Positions 54,207 to 63,812 are shown, counted from the first letter of the stretch. The stretch is 64,000 bases of DNA from Acidimicrobiales bacterium (GCA_020629155.1 JAHDDW010000006.1:48403-112402), one strand, 5' to 3'. Numbers and translations are program-made. The notes: generated from the letters alone by a model not told the origin.

Positions 54207-54207
54207 A

Positions 54208-54251
54208 TGCCATGCGTATTTCCGCTCCGCTCGGGCCATTCCATGGAGGTT
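54208..54251 (+). repeat. copy C of the recurrent intergenic element (box plus GGAGG module)
   Basis: TGCCATGCGTATTTCCGCTCCGCTCGGGCCATTCCATGGAGGTT is near-identical to copy B across about 35 nt. It starts 2 nt after the stop of 53610-54206. Confidence 0.7.
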
Positions 54252-54372
54252 TTCACGTGTGCTTGTGCAAGCAAAAAGTAAACAAAAATTATTTTAAGAG
54301 ATAGACTGTAGTATTCAAAGAGCTGCGTCTCGATCTGAGACGCAGCTCTTTGACTTACTTAAGGAGAATGTT

Positions 54373-55005
54373 ATGGCTATCAGACTCGGTGATGAAGCGC
54401 CAAACTTTACCGCCCCAACAACCGAAGGCGAGATTTCTTTTCATGAATGGAAGAAAGACTCATGGGCTGTGTTTTTCTCGCACCCTAAAGATTTTACGCC
54501 GGTATGCACAACTGAGTTAGGCTTCACCGCAAAACTAAAAGAAGAGTTTGCGAAACGCAATGCCAAAGCAATAGCGTTAAGCGTCGACAGCGTTGAGGAT
54601 CATAAAGCGTGGTCTGGCGATATCGAAGAAACGCAAGGTTGCGCGGTTAATTTTCCTATCATCGCAGATACGGATCGCAGCGTCGCTTCACTCTATGACA
54701 TGATTCATCCAAATGCCGATAACACGTTAACGGTACGTTCTGTTTTCATTATCGACCCTGTGAATAAGGTACGTTTAACGTTGACTTACCCTGCATCTAC
54801 GGGACGCAATTTCAATGAAATTCTGCGCGTTATCGACTCGTTGCAGTTAACCGATGGCCACAAGGTAGCGACTCCTGTGAACTGGAATCAAGGCGAAGAC
54901 GTAATTGTCTCTCCTGGGTTAAGCGATGATCAAGCTACTGAACTTTTCCCTACTGGTTTCACAACGGTTAAGCCGTACTTGCGGACAACAAAGCAACCGT
55001 CATAG
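54373..55005 (+). CDS. 1-Cys peroxiredoxin (Prx6-like)
   Basis: WAVFFSHPKDFTPVCTTELG carries the peroxidatic Cys motif. The protein is 210 aa, typical for the class. Confidence 0.9.
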   Translation: MAIRLGDEAPNFTAPTTEGEISFHEWKKDSWAVFFSHPKDFTPVCTTELGFTAKLKEEFAKRNAKAIALSVDSVEDHKAWSGDIEETQGCAVNFPIIADTDRSVASLYDMIHPNADNTLTVRSVFIIDPVNKVRLTLTYPASTGRNFNEILRVIDSLQLTDGHKVATPVNWNQGEDVIVSPGLSDDQATELFPTGFTTVKPYLRTTKQPS

Positions 55006-55048
55006 GGAATGTAGCGCATTTCTCCGCAAGGTAGAGGTGGTTGCGAAG

Positions 55049-55576
55049 TTAGGTTTGGGAGGTCTGCGGCTGTTCGACTGTGTTGATATCGACAAGAACA
55101 ATGTCTTGTTCGATGCGCACGTTGAGTTGTCTCAGACCTTCACCATTCGGTCCATAGGTTTGATCACCGCAAGGTTCGGCAAATACTTGCTTGTCGTCTT
55201 GTATCCGTGGCGCAAAATGTTGTTCTTCTGGTTGCCAGATAGCGAGACATTCCTTTTGTGAAGGGTCTATAACTATTGAGTAAGCTTTCCAACCTTGTAG
55301 CGGGTCTTCTCCGCTGTGGTAGACATAGAAACCTTGGTAGCCGCCAGTTGGATTGTTGACGGGTTTGGGTTGTGAACGGTCTTGTATTTGTTGACGTAGC
55401 TCTTCGACGTTGCCAGCTGGGATCTCGGATGCGGTGGCCACGCCAGCTAAATCACTACGTGTGTTTGTTGTGCCTAGGCGAGTGAATAAAAAAAGAATAC
55501 CAATTGCTATGATAAGAGCTCCGAGTCCTATCAGAAAAGCTTGTCGGCTTGGTGCGTCACGTTGTTCAACTGGCAT
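55049..55576 (-). CDS. N-terminally anchored exported protein, function unknown
   Basis: 175 aa with TM helix AFLIGLGALIIAIGILFLF. No motif was recognised. Confidence 0.5.
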   Translation of the reverse strand: MPVEQRDAPSRQAFLIGLGALIIAIGILFLFTRLGTTNTRSDLAGVATASEIPAGNVEELRQQIQDRSQPKPVNNPTGGYQGFYVYHSGEDPLQGWKAYSIVIDPSQKECLAIWQPEEQHFAPRIQDDKQVFAEPCGDQTYGPNGEGLRQLNVRIEQDIVLVDINTVEQPQTSQT

Positions 55577-55899
55577 TAGGTAAGGCTATCTGTCTCTTGT
55601 GATGATTTGAACATGTCGAAGCCGACTGGCGAGCTCATGGCTCAGAGCGTAAAGATCTAGTTAACCTTAACCGTAAAGCTGCCTTCTGAACGTTCATGTA
55701 AGGTTTCTCAACAGCAGGGCCAAGCAATAAGCTGTACAGCATGCAGGTTTTAGCGCTTGCATGGGCAAACAGCGAAATATGTTGTAAGTTAGTGCAATGC
55801 TAGAAAGTATTGGTCATCACAAATTCCTGATTTTCTGGTACGACCTATCACGTAGAAGTCGTCTGCTCATTGGAGCACTGACTCGGATAAGGATTTTTC

Positions 55900-58059
55900 A
55901 TGGACGTCAAACTTAAAAAGAACCTCAAGCTCTTCGATGTGTACGCAATGTCGACAGGAGCAATGTTTAGCTCGGGTTTGTTTCTTCTGCCTGGCATTGC
56001 CGCTGGCGTCACAGGCGACAGTGTCTACCTTGCATACCTTGTTGCAGGTTTTTTGATTCTGCCCGCCATGTATTGTATTGCTGAGCTATCGACTGCGATG
56101 CCAAAAGCAGGCGGCACGTATTACTTTCTTGACCGTTCAATGGGCCCGTTGATGGGAACAATCGGTGGTCTTGGTTCTTGGGTCGCCGTTGTCTTCAAAA
56201 GCGCGTTCGCGCTTGTCGGTATGGGTGCATATCTTGGCATCTATCTTGATCTGCCGTTCACCTTGATGGCTATTATCTTGACCATCGTGTTTGGTGTGGT
56301 GAACGTTGTTGGTGCTAAAGAAACCACGATGCTGCAACGCATACTCGTGGGTGCACTTGTTGTCATTCTCGCAACTTTCATTATCTTTGGTATTTCGGAG
56401 GTGGGCGGTGCGTCCGCCTTTGACCCAAACGGTAACACGCAAGGGTTTTTCCGCTCTGGATTTGTTGGCTTTGTTTCTACTATCGGTCTGGTTTTTGTTT
56501 CTTACGCTGGTCTTACGAAGGTGGCGAGTGTGGCCGAAGAAGTCGAAAATCCTGACGTGAATATCCCATTAGGCATGACGTTGTCGCTTGCCACCGCAAC
56601 TATTATCTACACCCTCGGCACACTTATTTTGATTAATGTGCTTGATCAGGCAGTTCTAGAAGAGAGCTTGACACCAGTGGCTGACGCAGGCGAAGTATTT
56701 CTTGATTGGGCACCGTTTGATTTGGGAGTGATTCTAATCGTCGTAGCAGCTATTGCTGCTTTTGCCTCGACAGGCAATGCTGGCATTATGTCGGCGTCTC
56801 GCTATCCCTATGCTATGGGGAAAGACAAACTAATCCCAAGTAGCCTTGCCGAACTGGGTCGCTTCGGCACTCCTACACGTTCGGTTGCCATGACGGTAGC
56901 GGCTATGGTCTTGGTGTTAAGCGTGCTCAACGTGGAAGCCGTGGCTAAGCTAGCATCTGCTTTTCAGCTTGTGCTTTTTGCATTGATCTGTGTTGCTGTT
57001 ATCGTGATGCGTGAAAGCCGTATCGACAGCTATAAACCAGGTTTTCGTGCTCCATTCTATCCAGTTCTGCCGATTGGCGGGATACTTATCGCTCTTTGGC
57101 TTATAAGCGAGATGGGTCTGCTAGCTATCGGCTTCACCGCTGCCTTGATTATCGGTTGCGTCCTTTGGTACAAATACTACACGTCAGGCAACCTTGAACG
57201 TCGCGGCGCTATTTTCCATGTGTACCAGCGTTTAGGCGAGCGCAAATATGTAGGTCTTGAACGCGAACTTATGACGATTATTCACGACCGTACACAAGCT
57301 GAAGATCTTACCTATGAAGCATTGATTGCTCGATCGGCAGTGGTTGATGTTCAAAGCGGCGGCTATAGCAAAGAACAGCTCACCAATCTGCTTGTTAAAA
57401 CGGCGACCGAACGTTTCGACTCGGGAGATGAGATAGCCGCGTTCTTTGCCGAGAACTGGACATTTCGTCCGATCGGCGACGGCAGCTATCTGTCGCTTAA
57501 TACACAGAAAGATCTGGTTCAGCCAGAACTCGTTGTCTTTCGTTTCGGAGCTGACGCTCATTTGGCACTCGATGAAGTTGAAGGTTCTATCGAGAGTCTT
57601 AACGAGGCACATACCTTGTATTTTCTTGAAGCTCCAGCTCGGCCAGTTGGGCTTGATCTGCGACTTGCGGGCCATATTGCCGAGGTGGTGCAGAGCGATC
57701 ACTTTATCGAGCGTTGGCTGCGTGCCACTGATGAGAAGGCTCTCAACGCTGTCTTGATGCGTGACGATCATTTCTATCATGGTCCAGTCGAAACGATGCC
57801 TTTCCTTGTCGAGCAGCTTGGTCGCAAAGTCGGGGAGTTAGAGTTGCCGCCTTCATGTATCATCGCCATTTTGGAACGCGACGGCGAACTTGTTATTCCT
57901 ACTCCAGATGTGACGCTGCTGGCGTTCGATGGTGTTGCTATCATCGGCGATCCTGGAGATATCCAGCTTCTGAACGAAGGGCTCGACCCTTGGGAAGTTA
58001 AGCAACAGGCATTGGCCGATGCTGCTGCTTTAGTAGAATCAGCACCTAATGACAGATAG
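55900..58059 (+). CDS. APC-superfamily amino-acid permease with a long cytoplasmic C-terminal regulatory extension (TrkA-C-like end)
   Basis: It has about 12 TM helices, with STAMPKAGGTYYF typical of APC permeases. The C-terminal roughly 280 aa end in LELPPSCIIAILERDGELVIPTPDVTLLAFDGVAIIGDPGDIQ, which is RCK_C/TrkA-C-like. Confidence 0.8.
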   Translation: MDVKLKKNLKLFDVYAMSTGAMFSSGLFLLPGIAAGVTGDSVYLAYLVAGFLILPAMYCIAELSTAMPKAGGTYYFLDRSMGPLMGTIGGLGSWVAVVFKSAFALVGMGAYLGIYLDLPFTLMAIILTIVFGVVNVVGAKETTMLQRILVGALVVILATFIIFGISEVGGASAFDPNGNTQGFFRSGFVGFVSTIGLVFVSYAGLTKVASVAEEVENPDVNIPLGMTLSLATATIIYTLGTLILINVLDQAVLEESLTPVADAGEVFLDWAPFDLGVILIVVAAIAAFASTGNAGIMSASRYPYAMGKDKLIPSSLAELGRFGTPTRSVAMTVAAMVLVLSVLNVEAVAKLASAFQLVLFALICVAVIVMRESRIDSYKPGFRAPFYPVLPIGGILIALWLISEMGLLAIGFTAALIIGCVLWYKYYTSGNLERRGAIFHVYQRLGERKYVGLERELMTIIHDRTQAEDLTYEALIARSAVVDVQSGGYSKEQLTNLLVKTATERFDSGDEIAAFFAENWTFRPIGDGSYLSLNTQKDLVQPELVVFRFGADAHLALDEVEGSIESLNEAHTLYFLEAPARPVGLDLRLAGHIAEVVQSDHFIERWLRATDEKALNAVLMRDDHFYHGPVETMPFLVEQLGRKVGELELPPSCIIAILERDGELVIPTPDVTLLAFDGVAIIGDPGDIQLLNEGLDPWEVKQQALADAAALVESAPNDR

Positions 58060-58534
58060 AAAAATATTGATCTTTGGCAATTCAGGCTCAGGCAAATCAA
58101 CACTTGCGAAAAAACTTTCTGAAGCTGAAAAGATAACCCATCTTGATCTTGATGAACTTGCATGGGAATCTGCTGATCCGCCGATTCGTCGAGACATCGC
58201 TGACTCTGAGAAAGAAATCAGCAAGTTTATTCGGCTCAACGACGGTTGGGTAATCGAAGGATGCTACACCGATTTGTTGGAAATGGCTGAACCGTTTTCT
58301 GCTGAAATATTTTTTCTTGATGTACCTTTCGAAGACTGTGTTGAGAATGCACGCAGCCGACCATGGGAACCGCACAAGTATGAGTCGAAAGATGCGCAAG
58401 ATAAAAATATAGAAATGCTGATCGGTTGGATAGAACAATACGCAGCGAGAGATGACGGCACTTCTCACAAAGCTCACGCTGACTTCTATAAACGGTATAG
58501 CCGCAAGAAGCAGTTATTGAATAGTAACAAGTAG
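58049..58534 (+). CDS. small P-loop NTPase/kinase (adenylate-kinase-like / topology-modulation-protein-like)
   Basis: The Walker A is KILIFGNSGSGKSTLAKKL, followed by HLDLDELAW. It overlaps the permease 3' end by 11 nt. Confidence 0.65.
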   Translation: MTDRKILIFGNSGSGKSTLAKKLSEAEKITHLDLDELAWESADPPIRRDIADSEKEISKFIRLNDGWVIEGCYTDLLEMAEPFSAEIFFLDVPFEDCVENARSRPWEPHKYESKDAQDKNIEMLIGWIEQYAARDDGTSHKAHADFYKRYSRKKQLLNSNK

Positions 58535-58560
58535 CGAAACTTACAAGATACTTGCCGACG

Positions 58561-60462
58561 TCAACGTTTGGTCGTAACTATATCGACCAGTTCTTGGCCA
58601 TAAAAGTTGGCTTTTGTTTTATTCATGTTCGCTAGAGCAGCCAGAGCTTGTAGGCTCTCTGGTCGTTCTGTGGCAAGTTGATCGATTAAAGCGTCAGAGA
58701 CAACAGCTTTGGGCATAATAATCGCTGCTCGCGCTTTGCGCTTTCGCCAAGCGAGTAGTTCCTGTTTGATTTCTTCAGTTATGGCGTTTGTTTGCTCTTC
58801 AGATTTGAGATGCGAAGCTGGAATGTCTTGCTTAGGGTTAGTGTTTGTTGGTTCTGAAGTTAGCTGAGTCCGTGAGGCTGCGATACCTTGACGCCAATTT
58901 GACGCGCCTGTGGCAGAAGTAGTGGTCATCGATGCGATAACACGGCGTAGTACGCTTATTTTCGGCGAAGCGGCACGTTCTTTTGTGCGCTCGCCGACAT
59001 GGCGATTACGGCACCATGAAAGAGACAAGGTACGTTCCGCACGTGTCACTGCAACATAAAGCAGTCGGTATTCTTCGTCGATTTGCTCTTTCGTTTTTGC
59101 ATGCCATAGGGGAGTGAGGCCTTCTTCGAGACCGCAGACATACACAGTGGGCCACTCTAACCCTTTTGCAGCGTGAAAGGTCAACAGCTCGACGCTGTTT
59201 TGCTGCTCGTCTACGTCGCGGGCCGAAACAATAGCAGCTTCTTTCATTTGCGTCTCAAACAGTGATTCGTCGGCGTTGGTTGCAGGTTTTTGAGCCGCCA
59301 AACGTTCATTCGAATATCGTATAACAGTCGGCACGCCTGCTTTCCCTAGTATTGTTTCTAGCAAAACAAGTTGCTCATTTGTGCGGGCTAGAACAGCCTG
59401 GTTTTTCCATGTTTTGTCGTTAGTAAAGACAGCTTTGACTCTCTCACAGATTCCTTCAGCCTCTTTGTAATTATCTTGATAGGCAGTTATTTCTGGAATT
59501 GGGCCGTCAGAGCAGTGCGCTTTCATCACGGAGCCAGACTGCACCTGCGATTGTTTGTCAGCCGCTTTCGATTCAGGCAGGCAAGCCGACGCAAGTTGTA
59601 AGATTTGCGGCGACGAACGATAATTCTCGTCGAGATAAATTACATGGGCATCTGGCTGATTTGCAATAAAGTGTTCGAGCAGTGTTGGATCTGCCCCATT
59701 CCAGCTATAAATCGCCTGGTTCGGATCACCGACAAGAAACAAGTCGTTGCGTTTGTTTGTCCACTGTTGTAAAAGTTCGAATTGTAAAGGGTTTATATCT
59801 TGAAATTCGTCGACATAAAAATGGCGGTGACGCCAACGCACTGCCGCAGCATAAGTTTCGTCTTGCTGTAAGTCTCGAATAGCTAAATAGAGCAAGTCGT
59901 CAAAGTCAACAACTCGTTTTTTTTGTTTCGCTTGTTGATAGGCAATCATCGCGTCAGCGACACGTTCATAATCAATCGAAACAGCTCGCCTATGTGTCTG
60001 GGCTGCGTCGTTGTAATGCTGCGGAGCGATCATTTTTGATCTTGCCCAGTTTATTTCGGCGAGAAGCGCCTTCGCAAGAGGCCGCTGTTGTTTGGGCAGC
60101 AGATTCTGCAGAAAACGGGTCTGATTATCAAGGATCGTCGGTTCGGCTTGGTTTTTCTCTTCCCAGCGTTGACGCAACTGCCGCAATGCAATGCTATGGA
60201 AGGTACCCGTCACTATTTTGTCTCGCACACCCAGAGACGTTATTTTTTGGGCAAGCGACTGCGATGCTTTACGGGTGAACGTTAAGGCCATCACACGGCT
60301 AGGGTCTGTTTCGCCGACAGCAATTCGTCTAGCGATGCGGCGAGTCAGCACCCGAGTCTTGCCAGAACCAGCACCAGCAATCACAACAAGCGGGTTAGCG
60401 TCGGTGCAGATGGCGTCATATTGTGCCGCATTGACGTTGCCAAGAAGCTGGTCAGTATCCAT
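58561..60462 (-). CDS. UvrD-family helicase with a C-terminal HRDC-like domain (UvrD2-like)
   Basis: PLVVIAGAGSGKTRVLTRRIARR (I), FYVDEFQDINPLQ (II), ENYRSSPQIL, and FHAAKGLEWPTVYVCG...YRLLYVAVTRAERTL (V/VI). The C-terminus ELLAWRKRKARAAIIMPKAVVSDALIDQLA is HRDC-like. Confidence 0.85.
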   Translation of the reverse strand: MDTDQLLGNVNAAQYDAICTDANPLVVIAGAGSGKTRVLTRRIARRIAVGETDPSRVMALTFTRKASQSLAQKITSLGVRDKIVTGTFHSIALRQLRQRWEEKNQAEPTILDNQTRFLQNLLPKQQRPLAKALLAEINWARSKMIAPQHYNDAAQTHRRAVSIDYERVADAMIAYQQAKQKKRVVDFDDLLYLAIRDLQQDETYAAAVRWRHRHFYVDEFQDINPLQFELLQQWTNKRNDLFLVGDPNQAIYSWNGADPTLLEHFIANQPDAHVIYLDENYRSSPQILQLASACLPESKAADKQSQVQSGSVMKAHCSDGPIPEITAYQDNYKEAEGICERVKAVFTNDKTWKNQAVLARTNEQLVLLETILGKAGVPTVIRYSNERLAAQKPATNADESLFETQMKEAAIVSARDVDEQQNSVELLTFHAAKGLEWPTVYVCGLEEGLTPLWHAKTKEQIDEEYRLLYVAVTRAERTLSLSWCRNRHVGERTKERAASPKISVLRRVIASMTTTSATGASNWRQGIAASRTQLTSEPTNTNPKQDIPASHLKSEEQTNAITEEIKQELLAWRKRKARAAIIMPKAVVSDALIDQLATERPESLQALAALANMNKTKANFYGQELVDIVTTKR

Positions 60463-60557
60463 ATGTCTGAGCCTACCAGCCGCTTGTAACTGTCGTCTTT
60501 AACTTGAGGCTATCTCTGTTTATTGCTTCTCCGCTGAATCGCTTTACCCAAAACCCG

Positions 60558-60628
60558 CTAAAAGCTGCGTGCTAACGCGTTAAGCGCAGCGGAAATAAAG
60601 TGGGCATCTACAATTATTAGAGATGCCC
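60558..60628 (-). repeat. copy F of the recurrent intergenic element (full copy, inverted orientation)
   Basis: The reverse strand reads GGGCATCT-ctaataattgt-AGATGCCC-a-CTTTATTTCCGCTGCGCTTAACGCGTTAGCACGCAGCTTTTAG. The hairpin is at 60602-60628 (8-bp perfect stem). Its arm contains the track ATG (60623) of the ABC exporter. Confidence 0.75.
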
Positions 60629-62446
60629 TTGCTTGAAGATCAAGATCCTAGTCTTAGCCTGTACGCTGACATGATGCAACAAGTTCCTAGAACCGCCAAA
60701 GAACTCTTTATCGAGGTCGGCAAGCCGTATCGGAAGAAGTTTTTTCTTTTCTTTTTATTAGGCGGTATTGGCTCATTTTTTTGGATGACAACGCCATATG
60801 TTGTAGCAAAAATAATTGATGCACTAACTGAGACTCCATCGATCACCAACATCGTTGTGTGGCTTCTGGTTTTATTCGTTTTTCTGCGATTCGCCGAAGA
60901 AACGTTGTGGCGTGCAGCTGAATATGTCGCGCGATCTTTTGTTCCCGAGCTTGTAGAAGATGTGAGAATGTCGCTCTTTCGGTCGACGTTGGCAAAGTCT
61001 CACTACTATTTTGTGAACAGTAGCAGCGGACAGCTGGGACATTGGATTAACCAGGCATCAGCAACAACCAAAAACTTCATCTCAACAGTTTTCTGGAACA
61101 TGTGGGGTATGGCATTTAAACTTGTCGTCGCAGCAGGTTTCCTTTTCACGGTTCATTGGGCGCTCGCGTTGCTATTTATTGTTTGGCTCATCCTCCTCTT
61201 CGTTTTTACTGTTAAACGAGGTCGCACATTTAGCGAATTAATAGCTGACTGGGGAGAAGAAAAAAGCAAAGGCGCTGGCCAGGTAGTTGATGCTATGAGT
61301 AATCATCTTGCTGTTCGTTCATTTACAACGAAGAGCTATGAAGAAAAATTATTGGCTGCGCAACAGAGAAATATTGTGCGAAGTCGCAAAATTTCTTGGC
61401 GGCATAACTTGATCACAAACGCAGCGAAAGGGCAAAGCGCTAACGTCGCTGGCCTTTTAGGTCTTGTGTTCGCTGTCTGGTTATATGCCGAAGGGCAGAT
61501 TACGATCGGCGAACTTGTCTTGTTTATCGCCTATTTCGACGCAGCGTCAGTTGGTCTATGGAAACTGTCGTGGGCAATAAACGAGCTATATATGGACTAT
61601 GGGATGTTGAACAATGCATTGGAAGGCCTTCACGGCGCAGACGAGCGACAAGCATCTCTGCAAAATGCATCGAGTCAGTCAGAAGTAGCTAGCGATAGAA
61701 GTGTTACCGTAGTTCTTAACAACGTCGGCTTCGCATACCCAGATCAACCTGAAAGCAAAATTCTTTCCTCGTTCGATCTGAAGATAGAGCCAAAACAAAA
61801 AGTTGGTGTCGTCGGCGGTAGCGGCGCAGGTAAGTCGACGCTCGTCGCGTTACTCCTAGCGTTCTATGATGCGACTGAAGGAGAAATACTAGTAAACGGA
61901 CAAACGCTACAGGAACAAGACCCTTCATTCATGCGTAGCCTGGCATCGTACGTGCCACAAGAAACTAACTTGTTTAACCGAACGATCAAAGAAAATGTTT
62001 TGTATGCCAAACTTGATGCGACAAATGCGCAGATAACTAGGGCGTTAGAGCTTGCCGAAGCGAGCGATTTTGTTGCTGCTCTTCCTAAAGGTATCGACAC
62101 ATTAATAGGAGAGCGAGGCGTGAAACTTTCAGGCGGACAACGCCAAAGAATTGCTATAGCGAGGGCCATTCTACGTGATGCGCCATTGCTGATCTTGGAC
62201 GAGGCAACAAGTGCGTTAGATAGCGTTAGTGAACAAGCCATTCAAAAGGCGTTACACACATTGATGCAGGACAGAACGGCTGTGGTAGTTGCACATCGCC
62301 TTTCCACGCTAAAACATCTAGACAAAATTATTGTTATGGATCAAGGCCGTGTTGTTGAGTGCGGCAATCACAACGAGCTACTCGTGCTAGACGGTAACTA
62401 CGCCGATTTATGGAAGCGTCAAAAAGATGGTTTCCTCGCTGCGTAA
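60623..62446 (+). CDS. ABC exporter, fused permease/ATPase (MsbA/MdlB-like)
   Basis: The N-terminal half is a six-TM domain. Walker A is GGSGAGKST, the signature is LSGGQRQRIAIARA, and Walker B is LLILDEATSALD. The start is uncertain: ATG 60623 lies inside a repeat hairpin and ATG 60671 (MMQQVP...) is in frame. Confidence 0.9.
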   Translation: MPLLEDQDPSLSLYADMMQQVPRTAKELFIEVGKPYRKKFFLFFLLGGIGSFFWMTTPYVVAKIIDALTETPSITNIVVWLLVLFVFLRFAEETLWRAAEYVARSFVPELVEDVRMSLFRSTLAKSHYYFVNSSSGQLGHWINQASATTKNFISTVFWNMWGMAFKLVVAAGFLFTVHWALALLFIVWLILLFVFTVKRGRTFSELIADWGEEKSKGAGQVVDAMSNHLAVRSFTTKSYEEKLLAAQQRNIVRSRKISWRHNLITNAAKGQSANVAGLLGLVFAVWLYAEGQITIGELVLFIAYFDAASVGLWKLSWAINELYMDYGMLNNALEGLHGADERQASLQNASSQSEVASDRSVTVVLNNVGFAYPDQPESKILSSFDLKIEPKQKVGVVGGSGAGKSTLVALLLAFYDATEGEILVNGQTLQEQDPSFMRSLASYVPQETNLFNRTIKENVLYAKLDATNAQITRALELAEASDFVAALPKGIDTLIGERGVKLSGGQRQRIAIARAILRDAPLLILDEATSALDSVSEQAIQKALHTLMQDRTAVVVAHRLSTLKHLDKIIVMDQGRVVECGNHNELLVLDGNYADLWKRQKDGFLAA

Positions 62447-62506
62447 ACGCGAGGAAGTAGCTGTGTCTCACACGGAAAAATTTTGTTTCTGCGATAGGGT
62501 CGAGGC

Positions 62507-63196
62507 GTGAAATATTTAGAAAAAGATGATAAATGTAGGCGACAGGCTGTAATCGAAAGCGTTGCCAATTCCATTCTTAGACTAGAGGTTGATGGCGTAA
62601 CGGTCGTTGGTATTAACGGAGTTGACGGTTCAGGTAAAACTACTTTTGCTGCTGAACTAGTGGAGCAGTTGGAAGTGCAAACAGATAGAGAGGTTCTTAG
62701 TTTTTCTATCGACGATTTCCATAATCCTCAGACTGAACGTTACAGAAAAGGCGAACTTTCGGCTCAGGGGTTTTATGAGGATTCGTTTAATAAGAAAGCG
62801 TTGATCAAAAAAGTCTTACACCCTTTGAAACAGGGAGCGCGACGTTACCAACAGAAACATTTCGATCACCGTCTTGATGTCGAAGTTGATTCTCCTACCA
62901 AAGAAGCCACGCCTGATGCGATAGCTATAATTGAAGGTGTTTTCCTATTCACTGTTGATTTAGTGAAATTTTTTGATTATAAAATTTTCCTTCACGCTGA
63001 TTTTGAAAACACGATGCAACGCGGCATAACCCGTGATATTGCTATAGATTCAAAGCAAAAAGTTGAGATGAGAGAAAAATATCTCAAGCGATATATCCCT
63101 GGACAGAAGCTATATTTGGAAGAAAATTCTCCTATGACGGTAGCTGACCTTGTTATAGAAAATACAAATTTTGTAGCTCCGAAAATCCTACTCTAA
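62507..63196 (+). CDS. uridine-kinase/phosphoribulokinase-family P-loop kinase
   Basis: The Walker A is VVGINGVDGSGKTTFAAEL. Its length and downstream pattern (IIEGVFLF) are as in the uridine kinase family. Confidence 0.6.
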   Translation: MKYLEKDDKCRRQAVIESVANSILRLEVDGVTVVGINGVDGSGKTTFAAELVEQLEVQTDREVLSFSIDDFHNPQTERYRKGELSAQGFYEDSFNKKALIKKVLHPLKQGARRYQQKHFDHRLDVEVDSPTKEATPDAIAIIEGVFLFTVDLVKFFDYKIFLHADFENTMQRGITRDIAIDSKQKVEMREKYLKRYIPGQKLYLEENSPMTVADLVIENTNFVAPKILL

Positions 63197-63281
63197 ATTT
63201 AGATTAGTACGTGCATTGGTTAGTTCTCGGCCGTAGAAGTGTGGCTTAATTCAACGCAGTAAAGCAGATTTGCACGCTGTT

Positions 63282-63506
63282 TTAAGAAGCTTCTGGCCAT
63301 GAAATAGAAACCTCACGGTTAGAAGCCATACAGTCTTGGAGATAGAGGTTTATCAGGCTTTGATAAGAGACTCCAGATTTTTCTGCCATCGTCTTGAAAT
63401 ATGAAATAACGTCGGTTCTTAGACGAATGGTGACTTGCTTCTTCAGTTTTTTTGCATACGGGTTTTTTCTACTTTGCATTCTTTCTAAATCGTATTCTTC
63501 TTTCAT
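63282..63506 (-). CDS. brnA: BrnA antitoxin (ribbon-helix-helix)
   Basis: NPYAKKLKKQVTIRLRTDVISYFKTMAEKSGVSYQSLINLYLQDC matches the BrnA pattern. Its ATG overlaps the brnT stop (TGATG). Confidence 0.8.
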   Translation of the reverse strand: MKEEYDLERMQSRKNPYAKKLKKQVTIRLRTDVISYFKTMAEKSGVSYQSLINLYLQDCMASNREVSISWPEAS

Positions 63507-63796
63507 CAGTTACCTTTCTTATAGAGTTTGGTTTCTTTTCGTGTTGCCCGTCTGGCTGAGATTATTCTTACAGCTGTTGTTTCTTTGTCAATCCTTTCAC
63601 AATGGCAGATCAGTAATAACCTTGAGTGTAAATCTTCTCCTAGGAGAAGAAAACGATCTTCATATTCTGAGTTCTTGTCATCATAGAATTGGATAGCTAG
63701 TTCGTCATAGAAAACAGAGCGTGCTTGTTCAAATGAGATTCCATGCTTAGTCTTGTTTGTCTTATTCTTTTCGTCATCCCACTCAAAAGAAATCAC
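63506..63796 (-). CDS. brnT: BrnT toxin (DUF497 ribonuclease)
   Basis: FEWDDEKNKTNKTKHGISFEQARSVFYD...RFLLLGE...LLLICHCER...VRIISARRATRKE matches the BrnT/DUF497 pattern. The start is GTG. Confidence 0.8.
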   Translation of the reverse strand: MISFEWDDEKNKTNKTKHGISFEQARSVFYDELAIQFYDDKNSEYEDRFLLLGEDLHSRLLLICHCERIDKETTAVRIISARRATRKETKLYKKGN

Positions 63797-63797
63797 A

Positions 63798-63812
63798 CAT
63801 TACAATGTAATG
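63798..63812. promoter_or_regulatory. inverted repeat CATTACA-a-TGTAATG immediately upstream of brnT (candidate BrnTA operator)
   Basis: It has 7-bp perfect arms, 2 nt from the brnT start codon. Type II TA operons are typically autoregulated at such palindromes. Confidence 0.4.

Noticed and set aside
55010-55045. GCGCATTTCTCCGCAAGGTAGAGGTGG after the peroxiredoxin gene, considered as another copy of the dispersed element
   Set aside because: It shares only ATTTCTCCGC and a GGTAGAGG segment with the family. It also overlaps the 3' end region of the convergent gene 55049-55576. This is too degenerate to count.
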